A DNA stretch of 64,000 bases from an uncultured Candidatus Saccharibacteria bacterium (GTDB lineage Bacteria > Patescibacteriota > Minisyncoccia > Phycocordibacterales > GWA1-40-21), in the NCBI GenBank assembly GCA_964513515.1, contig CAZEMP010000003.1, positions 40,927 to 104,926 on the forward strand. The letters run 5' to 3'. Shown piece by piece: positions 1 to 9,933 of this stretch. The notes beneath the pieces were generated by a model, which worked only from the letters and a program-made list of their open reading frames with translations, had not been told where the DNA came from and made no database searches. The translations under genes were made by a program, and so were the position numbers. How positions within the stretch are numbered: the stretch's first letter is position 1; every line of letters starts with the position of its first letter.

Positions 1-79
1 CACATATTTTTCAGTATAGCAGAATAGACCGAACAATTACAAACATGATATACTCTTGATATTAATATTGATTAAAATT

Positions 80-799
80 ATGACAGAAGTACTTCCAGCA
101 ATAATCCCCGAATCATACGAAGATCTTGTTTACAAAATGTCTCTTGTAAAAGGGATTGTTAAGGCAGTTCAAGTAGATATTTGTGATGGAAGGTTTGTTC
201 CGTCAAAAAGTTGGCCATATGTTGGTGACGATGAAAATCATTTTGATAAAATAGTTCACAATGAAGAGGAGGGTTTTCCACTTTGGGAGAATATGGATTT
301 TGAAGCAGACTTGATGGTGGAGATGACAAGAGATATTGCAGAAAATTGGATAAAGGCTGGAGCAAAAGCAATAATACTTCATATAGAATCTTCTGATGAT
401 ATGTTGGGTATTGTAAAAGAAATTAGGAAAAATCATGGCTATTCTGATGAATCTGTTGGTATTGAGATAGGAATTGCCATAAATATAGATACTCCAAATG
501 AAGTTCTTTATGAATTCTTTGAGCCAAACACAGAAGACAGAACACTAGCCGACTTTGTGCAGTTTATGGGAATTAAAAAAATAGGATATCAAGGTCAGGA
601 GTTTGATGCTCTTGTACTTGATAAAATATCTGCATTTAGAAAAAAATATTTGAATATAAAAATCGCAGTTGATGGTGGAGTAAACTTTGATACTTATAAA
701 TATTTAATAGGCGCTGGAGCAAATAAGCTTGTTTCCGGATCCGCTATTTATGAAAGTGAGAATATAGCTGAAGCAATTAAGCTTATGCAAGGAGCTTAA
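80..799 (+). CDS. rpe: ribulose-phosphate 3-epimerase (ORF track start 56; ATG at 80 more likely)
   Basis: Motif VDICDGRFVP and overall TIM-barrel RPE-like sequence; ends TAA. Confidence 0.7.
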   Translation: MTEVLPAIIPESYEDLVYKMSLVKGIVKAVQVDICDGRFVPSKSWPYVGDDENHFDKIVHNEEEGFPLWENMDFEADLMVEMTRDIAENWIKAGAKAIILHIESSDDMLGIVKEIRKNHGYSDESVGIEIGIAINIDTPNEVLYEFFEPNTEDRTLADFVQFMGIKKIGYQGQEFDALVLDKISAFRKKYLNIKIAVDGGVNFDTYKYLIGAGANKLVSGSAIYESENIAEAIKLMQGA

Positions 800-861
800 T
801 TGCCTAAGAAAGTTTAAAGGTTGAAAGTATAAAATTATAAAGTAATAAATAAAAAAATAAA

Positions 862-1080
862 ATGAAAACAGGAATATACAAACATTATAAGACAGGGAAT
901 CTTTATAAGGTTATTGGTGTAGGTAAACACTCAGAGTCTTTAGAGGACTTAGTTTTCTATGAGGCTTTGTACGATAATAAAATGTCTAAACTTTGGGCAA
1001 GACCATTAAAAATGTTTACTGAAGAGGTTGAAAAAGATGGAAAGATGATCCCAAGGTTTACATTTGTTAAAGAAAGTTAA
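862..1080 (+). CDS. DUF1653-family small protein
   Basis: 72 aa, GIYKHYKTGNLYKVIGVGKHSESLEDLVFYEALY matches DUF1653 pattern. Confidence 0.55.
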   Translation: MKTGIYKHYKTGNLYKVIGVGKHSESLEDLVFYEALYDNKMSKLWARPLKMFTEEVEKDGKMIPRFTFVKES

Positions 1081-1081
1081 A

Positions 1082-1948
1082 ATGAAAACATTAAGACAGT
1101 ATATAAAAGAAGCGGGTGAGAAGAGGGTGGCAATAGGTCACTTTAACATTTCAAATTTAGAAACCTTACACGGAATCTTTAACGCAGCAAAGCGATTAAA
1201 TGTTCCGGTGATCATAGGTACAGCTGAAGGTGAGAGAAAATATATAGGCACCAATGAGGCAGTAGCTATGGTAAAAAGTCTGAGAGAAGAATACAGTTAT
1301 CCGATTTTTCTTAACGCTGATCATACATATACATTTGAAGGTGTAAAAGAATGTATAGATGCAGGATATGATTCAGTTATTTTTGATGGATCAAGTCTGC
1401 CCTATGAAGAAAATGTAAAGATAACAAAAAAATGTGTGGAGTATGCAAGATCTGTTAATAAAGAAGTTTTAGTTGAAGGTGAGTTAGGTTTTATCGGAGC
1501 TTCTTCAAAAGTTTTAGATAAAATTCCAGAAGGGGTAAAAATAACTGAAGAGTATTTGACCAAGCCTGATGTGGCTAAAAAATTTATTGAAGAGACCGGT
1601 ATAGATATGCTGGCTCCAGCAGTGGGTAATATTCATGGCATGTTGAAGGGTGGAATAGATCCAAGCCTCAATATTAAAAGAGTGGCCGAGATACAAAAAG
1701 TTATAAATATCCCAATGGTGCTCCACGGCGCCTCTGGTAATTCAAAAGAAGATATACAAGATGCTATAAAAAACGGTATGTCTGTAGTGCATGTAAATAC
1801 GGAAATAAGAGTTGCTTTTAAAGAGGCTCTAGAAAAAGAATTGAAAGATAAAGTAAATGAAGTAGCTCCTTATAAATATATGGAACAGACCATACAGGCT
1901 GTAGAAAAAGTTATTGAAGAAAAATTAAAAATCTTTAATTTTATTTAA
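1082..1948 (+). CDS. fba: class II fructose/tagatose-bisphosphate aldolase
   Basis: N-terminus MKTLRQYIKEAGEKRVAIGHFN and C-terminal HGASG motif typical of class II ketose-bisphosphate aldolases; ATG at 1082 avoids overlap with upstream gene. Confidence 0.8.
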   Translation: MKTLRQYIKEAGEKRVAIGHFNISNLETLHGIFNAAKRLNVPVIIGTAEGERKYIGTNEAVAMVKSLREEYSYPIFLNADHTYTFEGVKECIDAGYDSVIFDGSSLPYEENVKITKKCVEYARSVNKEVLVEGELGFIGASSKVLDKIPEGVKITEEYLTKPDVAKKFIEETGIDMLAPAVGNIHGMLKGGIDPSLNIKRVAEIQKVINIPMVLHGASGNSKEDIQDAIKNGMSVVHVNTEIRVAFKEALEKELKDKVNEVAPYKYMEQTIQAVEKVIEEKLKIFNFI

Positions 1949-1954
1949 ATAAAT

Positions 1955-3034
1955 ATGAAATCGTTAGAAATTATGGCACACGGCACAAGTTCTAGTGATG
2001 ATGCTACAAAAATAGAAAAAGAAGGCTTTAAGGCAAAGGAGGGTCGCGCCACTGTTTCTGGTGATTTGATTTTTGCTTTTGATTGGGCGACCCATCCTGA
2101 AAAAAGAAAAGGAAGTCAAAGCGAAGCCAAAATCCATGAAGGAGAAAAAGGCAGAATTATTATAATGAGTGTGCCTGAGGACAAATTAATAAATTACGCT
2201 ACTCATACTAGTATTGAAGTAGATGATGATTTGAAAGAAATAACAGGGTATTCTTCAAAATATGAATCTGGCAGGAGACAACTAGCAATTTTTGGTGAAG
2301 ATGATGTAATAAATAGAAGAAAAGAGATTGAGGAGGCCAAAAAAGAATTAAGAAAAATTAAAGATGAATTTCAAGATTTTCTTGACGAAAATAATGTAAA
2401 AATTAATCTAGATAATATTAAGAGTAATGAAGATAAAGATAATTCTAGAAAGAAATTGGCTGAATCGGTAAAACTTTTGCCTATCTCAAAGCAACTTGAG
2501 ATTTTTCAAATGACTGAAGAATTTGAGAAAAGAATGGTAGACAAAAGAAAAGATGCTGAGCCTGCTATAAATATAGAAAAAGATAATATTTTAATGAATA
2601 TATCTCCAAGTAAGGAGCTCGGTGAAAAACTTGAGGAACTTAAATTTAAAATAGAAAATTTAGATAGAATTGATTTACAAATATTTACTGAAGAAATATC
2701 AAAAATTATTATTAATAATAAAGAAAATTTTGTAATACCAGGTTTGGATGTTAAAGATGTGGTTCTATATCTACTAACTAAAACTATAGAGACTGAAGTT
2801 GTTAGTATGGTGAGATCAAGAGCCCTAGATGTAAAAAGAGTCAATGGATTTAAAATATATAATCGAGGCAACGACGAAATAAAAGAAAAAGAGATAAATA
2901 AGAGTGAGTTAAAATTAACTTTAGAAAAAGCTCTCTCTATTGTCGAATCTAAAAATTTTGATATTGGAATAGAAAATTTGAATAGATATCTTAAATTAAA
3001 TATAAAAAAATTATTAGAAGAATTGAACAAGTAA
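1955..3034 (+). CDS. hypothetical charged (K/E-rich) coiled-coil protein
   Basis: 359-aa ORF, no recognisable motif, long coiled-coil-like central region. Confidence 0.45.
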   Translation: MKSLEIMAHGTSSSDDATKIEKEGFKAKEGRATVSGDLIFAFDWATHPEKRKGSQSEAKIHEGEKGRIIIMSVPEDKLINYATHTSIEVDDDLKEITGYSSKYESGRRQLAIFGEDDVINRRKEIEEAKKELRKIKDEFQDFLDENNVKINLDNIKSNEDKDNSRKKLAESVKLLPISKQLEIFQMTEEFEKRMVDKRKDAEPAINIEKDNILMNISPSKELGEKLEELKFKIENLDRIDLQIFTEEISKIIINNKENFVIPGLDVKDVVLYLLTKTIETEVVSMVRSRALDVKRVNGFKIYNRGNDEIKEKEINKSELKLTLEKALSIVESKNFDIGIENLNRYLKLNIKKLLEELNK

Positions 3035-3252
3035 AAATCAAGATTTTAATAATAAGTGATAGTGTTTTTTATGGCCAGTATCTTGCTAATAAGCTTGTTT
3101 TATGTATAATTGACCCGGTAAAGTTTTTGTTGACGTTATTGAGAATGCTTTTTAAAGCTCGTGTTATTTATAGAAATATGGCTAAATTTTTAGAAGTAAA
3201 AGTATATAAAAACAATAACATTTTTGTCAGTAAAAATTTTCTCAGATAAAAT

Positions 3253-3936
3253 ATGATTACATTAAAAGTAGAAAAGAGAGATATAAAAGAGAATCTAGCT
3301 GAAATAAGAAAGGGCGGTAAAATACCCGCAGTTTTTTATGGTAAAAAAGAGGCGTCAACTCCAATAAAACTTTCATATGCACTTTTTGAAAAAGCTTTGA
3401 AAGAAGCTGGAGAATCGACAATATTACATCTCGAGGGAGAAGGGATTGATGTAGATGTTTTGATACATGAAGTTGACCTAGATCCAGTTACAGATAAAGC
3501 AAGACATGCAGACTTTTATGCTATTGAGAAAGGAAAGAAGCTTGAAATAAAGATTCCACTAGAATTTATCGGTGTTGCTCCTGCAGTAAAAGATTTGGGA
3601 GGTATTTTGGTAAAAGTTATGCACGAAGTTGCAATTGAGGCGTTACCAAAAGATTTACCACATAAACTTGAAGTAGATATATCAAGTTTAACAACATTTG
3701 ATAGTGTAGTAACAGCATCAAGTATAAAACTTCCAGAAGGAGTTACACTAAAAGCTAAAGCCGAAGAGGTGGTAGCTTCTGTTTATGAACCTAAAGAAGA
3801 AGTGGTTGAAACAACTCCAGTAGATCTTTCTACGATTGAAGTTGCAAAGAAAGGTAAGGAGGCAAAAGAAGGTGCGGAGGGTGCAGAAGCAACAGAAGCC
3901 CCAAAGAAAGAAGCGAAAGCAGAAACAAAGAAATAA
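3253..3936 (+). CDS. rplY: 50S ribosomal protein L25 / general stress protein Ctc
   Basis: N-terminal L25 domain (KRDIKENLAEIRKGGKIPAVFYGK) plus Ctc-type C-terminal extension. Confidence 0.8.
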   Translation: MITLKVEKRDIKENLAEIRKGGKIPAVFYGKKEASTPIKLSYALFEKALKEAGESTILHLEGEGIDVDVLIHEVDLDPVTDKARHADFYAIEKGKKLEIKIPLEFIGVAPAVKDLGGILVKVMHEVAIEALPKDLPHKLEVDISSLTTFDSVVTASSIKLPEGVTLKAKAEEVVASVYEPKEEVVETTPVDLSTIEVAKKGKEAKEGAEGAEATEAPKKEAKAETKK

Positions 3937-3940
3937 AAAA

Positions 3941-3975
3941 TTACCTCGCAAAACGCGAGGTAATTTTTTATTTTT
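3941..3975 (+). terminator. rho-independent terminator
   Basis: ttacctcgc-aaaac-gcgaggtaa hairpin followed by T-run. Confidence 0.7.
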
Positions 3976-4025
3976 GTCTATATTTTTTCGATAAAATATA
4001 GTAAAATATAAAAGTGTTTTTAAAG

Positions 4026-5387
4026 ATGAAAAGATTATTTATCGGGCTTTTTTATATTGGTTTATTGTCATTTCCGGCATTTGCAGGGGCTGTTATATGT
4101 GACTCAAATTTGGATGGTAAGACTGATCTAGAGTTGCAGGCTATATCCATTCAGTGTGATGCAGACCTTCTAGAGTTAAATAATAAGTTTAGTAGTACAA
4201 AACAATATTCGTCTGAGTTAGAAAAGGGAATTGCTGACTTAAATTATAATATTAAAAAAATACAATTAGAAATAAAAGCAAAAAACGCAAAAATCAAACA
4301 ACTTGGTGATAATATTGAAGTAAAAACAGAATATATTGGAAAGCTTTCAGATAGAATGGAAGATATAAAAAGGACTATAGGAAAGATGTTGAGAGACACA
4401 TATTCTATGGATGACGCATCAATAATTAGTGTTCTTTTGTCTAGTGAAAATTTATCACAATTTTTTATTGACACAGATAATTACGGAACAATAAATCAAA
4501 AACTTCAGGATCTTATAGAAGAACTTTCTGGCGTAAAAAAGACTTCAGAGGAGGAGAAAAAAGATTTAGAGACAAAGCAAGCAAAAGAGGCAAAATTAAA
4601 ATATGAACAAGAGCAAGCAAAGAAAAAAACTGAAAGTTATAAGACAGAAAAACAAGCAATTTTATCACTAACAAAAAATAAAGAAGCTGAATATAAAAAA
4701 CTTATTGCAGAAAAAGAAAAACTAAAGAATCAAATAAGAAATAAGCTTTACAGAACATCTGGCGGGGTAGAAATATCCTTCGGAGACGCATTAAAGATCA
4801 TACAACCATATGAAAGTACAATTGGGGTGGATTCTGCTCTGGTCCTTGCGGTATTATTTCAAGAGTCTGCGGTAGACAATACAATTGGCAAAAATATTGG
4901 TAAATGTACTTATAATCAGCCATCATCATGCATAAATGGTAAAACTGTTATGTCTGACACACAAAAACCTACTTTTTTATCTATTATGAATAACCTCGGT
5001 CTTAATCCAAATGTTATACAAGTTTCCTGTGCAATATGTAGAGATGGAAATTATGGCGGGGCTATGGGTCCAGCACAATTTATGCCAGTGACTTGGGAGG
5101 GTATATCAAAAAGGGTTTCTAATATTATTGGGGTTTCTTATCCCTCACCATTTGAGAACCTTGCCGCATTCACTGCTTCCGCAGTATTGCTTAAGGACAA
5201 TCAGGATAGATGTAAAACTGCATTTAGTAAAAGAAATGACATTTGGTCATGCGCGGCATCTAAATATTACGGAGGTTTAAGTTTAAAGGGTAGTAAACTT
5301 ACAAATTTTATGCGTTATGGCTACGGAGCGTCAGTTTTAAAAAGAGCACTACAATTTGAAAAGGATATAGAGACACTGACTTTGTAG
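4026..5387 (+). CDS. secreted coiled-coil protein with C-terminal lytic-transglycosylase (SLT)-like domain
   Basis: Signal peptide LFIGLFYIGLLSFPAFA; long K/E coiled coil; C-terminal LFQESAVDN ... GAMGPAQFMP resembles SLT catalytic ES / GLMQ motifs. Confidence 0.55.
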   Translation: MKRLFIGLFYIGLLSFPAFAGAVICDSNLDGKTDLELQAISIQCDADLLELNNKFSSTKQYSSELEKGIADLNYNIKKIQLEIKAKNAKIKQLGDNIEVKTEYIGKLSDRMEDIKRTIGKMLRDTYSMDDASIISVLLSSENLSQFFIDTDNYGTINQKLQDLIEELSGVKKTSEEEKKDLETKQAKEAKLKYEQEQAKKKTESYKTEKQAILSLTKNKEAEYKKLIAEKEKLKNQIRNKLYRTSGGVEISFGDALKIIQPYESTIGVDSALVLAVLFQESAVDNTIGKNIGKCTYNQPSSCINGKTVMSDTQKPTFLSIMNNLGLNPNVIQVSCAICRDGNYGGAMGPAQFMPVTWEGISKRVSNIIGVSYPSPFENLAAFTASAVLLKDNQDRCKTAFSKRNDIWSCAASKYYGGLSLKGSKLTNFMRYGYGASVLKRALQFEKDIETLTL

Positions 5388-5435
5388 AAGTTATTGGGTT
5401 GCTTTTTTAACCTAATTTTGTTAGTATCTCGAGTT

Positions 5436-5678
5436 ATGAAAGCAGACATACATCCAAAATATTTTACTAAAGCAAAGACCACATGTGTATGTGGGGCTAC
5501 TTATGATTTTGGTTCTACTAAAGAGACAATAAACGTAGAAATTTGTGGTAACTGCCACCCATTTTATACAGGAAATGAAAAGGTACTTGATACTGCGGGT
5601 AGAGTAGAGAAGTTTAAAGCAAGAAAAGCCGCAGGTGTCACAAAAGCAGCAAAAAAAGCTCCTAAAACAGGTAAATAA
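5436..5678 (+). CDS. rpmE: 50S ribosomal protein L31
   Basis: MKADIHPKY start, CxxC...CxxCHPFYTG zinc ribbon typical of L31. Confidence 0.85.
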   Translation: MKADIHPKYFTKAKTTCVCGATYDFGSTKETINVEICGNCHPFYTGNEKVLDTAGRVEKFKARKAAGVTKAAKKAPKTGK

Positions 5679-5690
5679 CTATTTTTAAAT

Positions 5691-5722
5691 AAAACCGAGC
5701 TTTTAAAGTTCGGTTTTATTAT
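5691..5722 (+). terminator. rho-independent terminator
   Basis: aaaaccgagc-ttttaaag-ttcggtttt hairpin plus T-run. Confidence 0.65.
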
Positions 5723-5749
5723 TTCTGCATAAAAATAATATTACTTAAA

Positions 5750-6751
5750 ATGAATACAAACCAAGAATTAATTGAAGAGTTTAGAAAAAATAGAAAAACG
5801 ACTTTTTTAGCCGAAGAGTATATTCGTCTGGAAAATGAAGAAGAATCTATAAAGAAAATGTCCGAAAAAGATCCAAGTATGTTTTCATTGGCTGAAGAAG
5901 AAATAAAAAGCATAAACGCTCAAAAAAATGATTTGTTGGAACAGATGAAAAGCATAACTTGTGCAGATGAAGAAGTGGATAAATTTCCAAATGAAGTAAT
6001 TATGGAAATTCGTGCAGGAGTAGGTGGAGAGGAAGCTGCGATTTTTGCAGAAGACTTGGCAAGAATGTATAAAAGATTTTGTGAATTAAAAGGATGGTCG
6101 TTTAATTTTGTAAACGAATCAAGGTCTGCTCAAGGTGGCTATAAAGAAGTCTCAATAGAAATCAAGGGTAAAGAAGTATATAAAGACTTGAGATTTGAAA
6201 CTGGTGTGCATCGTGTACAGAGAGTTCCAGAAACAGAAAAGTCAGGAAGGGTTCATACGTCTACCGCATCAGTGGCTATTTTACCTATTAGAAAGAAAAC
6301 AAAAATAGAAATAAAACCTTCGGATTTATTGATCGAAACTTCTCGTTCTGGTGGAGCAGGAGGACAAAACGTAAACAAGGTTGAGACAGCAGTGAGAATA
6401 GTACATATTCCAACAGGAGTTGATGTTCGTTCAACGGCCGAAAGGACACAAGGTAAAAATAAAGAGAGGGCAATGTCTATTCTTTTAGCAAAACTAGAAA
6501 TGCAAAAAGAAGAGGAGGAAGCGAAAAAATTTGCTGGAGAAAGAAAGGAACAAATAGGAACTGCCGATAGATCTGAAAAGATAAGAACATATAATATCTT
6601 ACAAGATAGAGTTACAGATCATAGAGTAAAACATTCTTGGTATAATATAGAAAATATATTGGCTGGAGATGGTATGGGAGATATTATTGATTATGTTGTT
6701 AAAAATGACTGCAAACCACAGCTAAACGATCTTGAAGATGATGATGAATAA
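5750..6751 (+). CDS. prfA: peptide chain release factor 1
   Basis: GGQ motif (SRSGGAGGQNVNKVETAVRIVHIPTG), RF1-type PET/PxT region rather than RF2 SPF. Confidence 0.9.
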   Translation: MNTNQELIEEFRKNRKTTFLAEEYIRLENEEESIKKMSEKDPSMFSLAEEEIKSINAQKNDLLEQMKSITCADEEVDKFPNEVIMEIRAGVGGEEAAIFAEDLARMYKRFCELKGWSFNFVNESRSAQGGYKEVSIEIKGKEVYKDLRFETGVHRVQRVPETEKSGRVHTSTASVAILPIRKKTKIEIKPSDLLIETSRSGGAGGQNVNKVETAVRIVHIPTGVDVRSTAERTQGKNKERAMSILLAKLEMQKEEEEAKKFAGERKEQIGTADRSEKIRTYNILQDRVTDHRVKHSWYNIENILAGDGMGDIIDYVVKNDCKPQLNDLEDDDE

Positions 6752-6805
6752 GAGCCAATAAAAGGTTGCTAAACAGACTATTTTCTGATAGACTGTTCTT
6801 CACTT

Positions 6806-7516
6806 ATGACAGAAGAAATGAAAACAAAAGGTAATGATGTAATCGATACAATGTTTAATGCAGGGGCTCATTTTGGTTACCAAAAATCAAGAAGAGACGC
6901 TTCAACATCACCATTTATTTTTGGAATAAAAAATAAAGTAGAAATAATTGATCTTGAAAAGACAAATGAACAGCTTGAGAAAGCCAAAGAGTTTGTTTTT
7001 AATCTTGCAAAATCCGGTAAACAAATGTTGTTTGTAGGAGGAAAGAGTGAGGCAAAAGTAGCAGTGAAAATTGCAGCTATGTCTATAGATATGCCATATG
7101 TCGACGGAAGATGGATTGGAGGCGCAATTACTAATTTTCCTGAAATTAAGAAAAGAATCGCTAAATTTGAAGATTTACAAAAACAAAAAGAAAAAGGAGA
7201 ATTATCTAAATATACAAAGAAAGAGAGACTTCTTATTGATAGAGAAATAGAAAATCTAGACACGATGTTTTCCGGAATAGTAAGTATGAAGGAAGCACCA
7301 AAGGCTTTGTTTGTAATAGATCCAAAAAAGGAATTTATAGCCGTTGCTGAAGCTAAGAAAGCAGGCATTCCGGTCATTGCACTTTCAAATACAGATTGCA
7401 ATATAAAGACTATAGATTTTCCTATAGTTGCGAATGACGCATCTGTCTCAAGTATTTCATTTTTTGTTACAGAAATAGCAAAAGCTTATACTGCAGGTAA
7501 GTCATCTAAGGTTTAA
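6806..7516 (+). CDS. rpsB: 30S ribosomal protein S2
   Basis: AGAHFGYQ motif, S2 family; followed by tsf as in conserved rpsB-tsf operon. Confidence 0.9.
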   Translation: MTEEMKTKGNDVIDTMFNAGAHFGYQKSRRDASTSPFIFGIKNKVEIIDLEKTNEQLEKAKEFVFNLAKSGKQMLFVGGKSEAKVAVKIAAMSIDMPYVDGRWIGGAITNFPEIKKRIAKFEDLQKQKEKGELSKYTKKERLLIDREIENLDTMFSGIVSMKEAPKALFVIDPKKEFIAVAEAKKAGIPVIALSNTDCNIKTIDFPIVANDASVSSISFFVTEIAKAYTAGKSSKV

Positions 7517-7588
7517 ATTTTTATCTTCCTTTTAATTTTTATAAAAGGAGACTGAGTTAGTTCTTATTAAAATAAATTATTTTTTGTT

Positions 7589-8197
7589 ATGGAAATATCA
7601 ATGGAACAAGTTAAGGAATTGCGTGAGAAGACAGGTATATCAATAATGCAATGTAAAAAAGCTCTTGAAGAGGCTGGTGGAGATATGAATAAAGCCATGG
7701 TTTACCTTCAGAAAAAGGGAGCAGAAACTGCAGCAAAAAAGGCTGATAGAGTCTTAAAATCAAGCAGAATAGTATCTTATGTGCACGGAGTGGGATCTGT
7801 AGGGGTTCTCGTTGAGCTTTGTAGTGAATCAGATTTCGTTTCAAAACATGAGGATTTTCAAAAACTTGCATATGATATAGCGATGCAGATAGCGGCTACA
7901 AATCCAGCATATATTAAGAAAGATGATGTATCACTTGAAGAGAGGACAAAGGTTCTCGATGCTTTTTCTCATGAAGTAAAAGATAAGCCGGAAGCAATGA
8001 GAGAAAAAATACTTAATGGTAAACTAGACGCATTCTTTAAAGATAGAATATTGGTGGAACAGGATTATATAAAGGATCCAAGTATCACAGTAAATACACT
8101 TATTCAAAACGCCATACAAAAATTTGGCGAAAAAATAGAAGTTGATAGATTTGTTCGTTTTAGTGTTGGAGAAGGTAGAAGCGCTCAGATGTGTTAG
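7589..8197 (+). CDS. tsf: elongation factor Ts
   Basis: VKELREKTGISIMQCKKALEEAGGDMNKA UBA-like N-terminus typical of EF-Ts. Confidence 0.9.
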   Translation: MEISMEQVKELREKTGISIMQCKKALEEAGGDMNKAMVYLQKKGAETAAKKADRVLKSSRIVSYVHGVGSVGVLVELCSESDFVSKHEDFQKLAYDIAMQIAATNPAYIKKDDVSLEERTKVLDAFSHEVKDKPEAMREKILNGKLDAFFKDRILVEQDYIKDPSITVNTLIQNAIQKFGEKIEVDRFVRFSVGEGRSAQMC

Positions 8198-8232
8198 TTT
8201 TGGTTAGTGATAAGTAAAGTACTTATTTTATC

Positions 8233-8598
8233 ATGATAGCAATATATTTATTTTACACATCCCTCTTGCTCTTAGTCGTTATGTTTGCGATGAAGTATTT
8301 TGGTGTATCTTTTACACATCATGAGGTTATATCGAATATTGTTGATAAAAATGACGAGCACTTTCATGAGATTTTTCATCATGGTAAAAATATTTTCTCA
8401 AAAATAAAGTTTAAAAATTTTCACAGACTTACTTTAATTGTAGCAAATTTTATAAAAGAGGAGACAATTTATTTAAAGAGAAGATTCGATAGTAAGCAAC
8501 CAGCATTTTTTTTGAGCCCACAAAAACCAAGTCATTACAATAAGAATTCTGTATCTTTTTTCTTAAGAAAAGTTTCGGAGTATAAAGATACAAAATAA
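8233..8598 (+). CDS. hypothetical membrane protein
   Basis: 121-aa ORF with N-terminal TM helix, no motif. Confidence 0.35.
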   Translation: MIAIYLFYTSLLLLVVMFAMKYFGVSFTHHEVISNIVDKNDEHFHEIFHHGKNIFSKIKFKNFHRLTLIVANFIKEETIYLKRRFDSKQPAFFLSPQKPSHYNKNSVSFFLRKVSEYKDTK

Positions 8599-8615
8599 TA
8601 ATATAATTTGTACTT

Positions 8616-8640
8616 AAAAAAGCGCTTACAGCGCTTTTTT
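8616..8640. terminator. bidirectional hairpin terminator
   Basis: aaaaa-agcgc-ttaca-gcgct-ttttt between convergent hypothetical CDS and tRNA. Confidence 0.6.
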
Positions 8641-8645
8641 AAATT

Positions 8646-8721
8646 TGGAGCCACCTCCCAGATTTGAACTGGGGACCTTCACTTTACAAAAGTGTTGCTC
8701 TACCAACTGAGCTAAGGTGGC
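8646..8721 (-). tRNA. tRNA-Thr (anticodon UGU)
   Basis: Reverse complement reads GCCACCTTAGCTCAGTTGGTAGAGCAACACTTTTGTAAAGTGAAGGTCCCCAGTTCAAATCTGGGAGGTGGCTCCA: 7-bp acceptor stem, GCTC/GAGC D-stem, anticodon loop TTTGTAA, T-arm GTTCAAATC, encoded CCA. Confidence 0.85.
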
Positions 8722-8809
8722 ATATTCTTTTGAGATATTATACATAATATTATAAAAGAATCCAGCATTAATACCACCGTTAAGTATTGCCCGTGGTATA
8801 ATAAGAGGC

Positions 8810-9217
8810 ATGAAATGTATAAACTGTAAAACAGAATTGAAGAGACGTTCCCAGATAAAATATTGTTCAAATAAATGCCAAATAGAACATCAGTATAAAA
8901 AGTACATAATTCAATGGAAAAAAGGTAAGAAAGATGGTACAAGAGGAATTTTAACTAAAAATATTTCAAAATATATAAAAAGATATTTTATAGAGAAAAA
9001 TGGAGAATCTTGCGTTTTGTGTGGTTGGAATAAAAAAAATTTATCGACAGGAAGAGTGCCGCTTGAAATCGATCATATTGATGGTGATTCAGAAAATAAT
9101 CTGGAAGAAAACTTAAAGCTTATTTGTCCAAATTGTCATTCACTTACAACAAATTTTAGGAATCTAAATAAAGGCAAAGGTAGGTTGTGGAGGAAAAATA
9201 AATATATTAGAAAGTAG
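8810..9217 (+). CDS. HNH endonuclease with N-terminal zinc ribbon
   Basis: CINCKTEL...C..C zinc ribbon; IDHIDGDSENN...LICPNCH HNH motif; extended -10 tggtataat just upstream. Confidence 0.75.
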   Translation: MKCINCKTELKRRSQIKYCSNKCQIEHQYKKYIIQWKKGKKDGTRGILTKNISKYIKRYFIEKNGESCVLCGWNKKNLSTGRVPLEIDHIDGDSENNLEENLKLICPNCHSLTTNFRNLNKGKGRLWRKNKYIRK

Positions 9218-9219
9218 TA

Positions 9220-9933
9220 CTAATTTGACCCACTAAGATTTTTAGTACTAGATGCCAATGCCTCCTTATCCCACATCTTAGTTTCCGGAATAATTTTTCG
9301 TATCTCATCTAAATTTTTTAAACCATATAAAATCTTTCCACTAACAAATAGGGCAGGTAGCTTATTTTCAATATTGTATATAGATTTTAACGTTTCTATG
9401 GTTGGTATATTAAAATCATAATCAAAAGAGTAAATTCTGATTTGCGGGTACATCTCATGAAGTTTTGTAAGAACATAACCTTGATTCTCACAGTCAAAAC
9501 ATGATCCGCTATTTGAATAGAAATAAAGTATAAATATTTGTTTGTCTTTACACTTATCACTTATTTTTTTCATAAGTAAATAGTCTTTTATTTCAAGAAG
9601 AGAATAGTAGGTTTTTAGATTTTGGAAGTCTATGTTGTTTGCACCTATTTTCTCCTCTGCATAAGCTAGTTTTTGACCAAGTTGCGCTACCTCCTTTGAT
9701 AAAGTATTGTCAGTCATGTTATTACAAGAAGATTCAGCAAGTAAGGAAAATTGAGTTTCTGAAGAAAGAATATCAAGAGATATCTTATCTCCCATAACTT
9801 TTAATTCCGATATTTTATTTGTATTAAAATAATTACTTATATATATTGCAGTTACAAATATAAAAGTAGTTATTAAAAATGTATAAAAATATTTTGACCA
9901 ATCTGTTTTTTCCCTTTCGTTTTTTATCTCCAT
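9220..9933 (-). CDS. membrane-anchored protein with thioredoxin-like CxxC (CFDC) motif
   Basis: N-terminal TM helix, FILYFYSNSGSCFDCENQGYVL resembles thioredoxin-fold active site; overlaps downstream-in-operon GT2 gene by 10 bp. Confidence 0.4.
   Translation of the reverse strand: MEIKNEREKTDWSKYFYTFLITTFIFVTAIYISNYFNTNKISELKVMGDKISLDILSSETQFSLLAESSCNNMTDNTLSKEVAQLGQKLAYAEEKIGANNIDFQNLKTYYSLLEIKDYLLMKKISDKCKDKQIFILYFYSNSGSCFDCENQGYVLTKLHEMYPQIRIYSFDYDFNIPTIETLKSIYNIENKLPALFVSGKILYGLKNLDEIRKIIPETKMWDKEALASSTKNLSGSN

Noticed and set aside
2506-3030. Numerous antisense/shadow ORFs inside real genes (e.g. 2506-3030, 6877-7401, 17905-18399, 24541-25264, 30979-31398, 34423-34839, 43956-44447, 56918-57307, 59959-60528)
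   Set aside because: They overlap well-supported conserved CDSs on the opposite strand or in another frame. Their products are low-complexity or hydrophobic with no motifs, as expected for AT-rich antisense frames.
8626-8811. 61-aa ORF on minus strand at 8626-8811
   Set aside because: It is almost entirely the tRNA-Thr gene read as protein.
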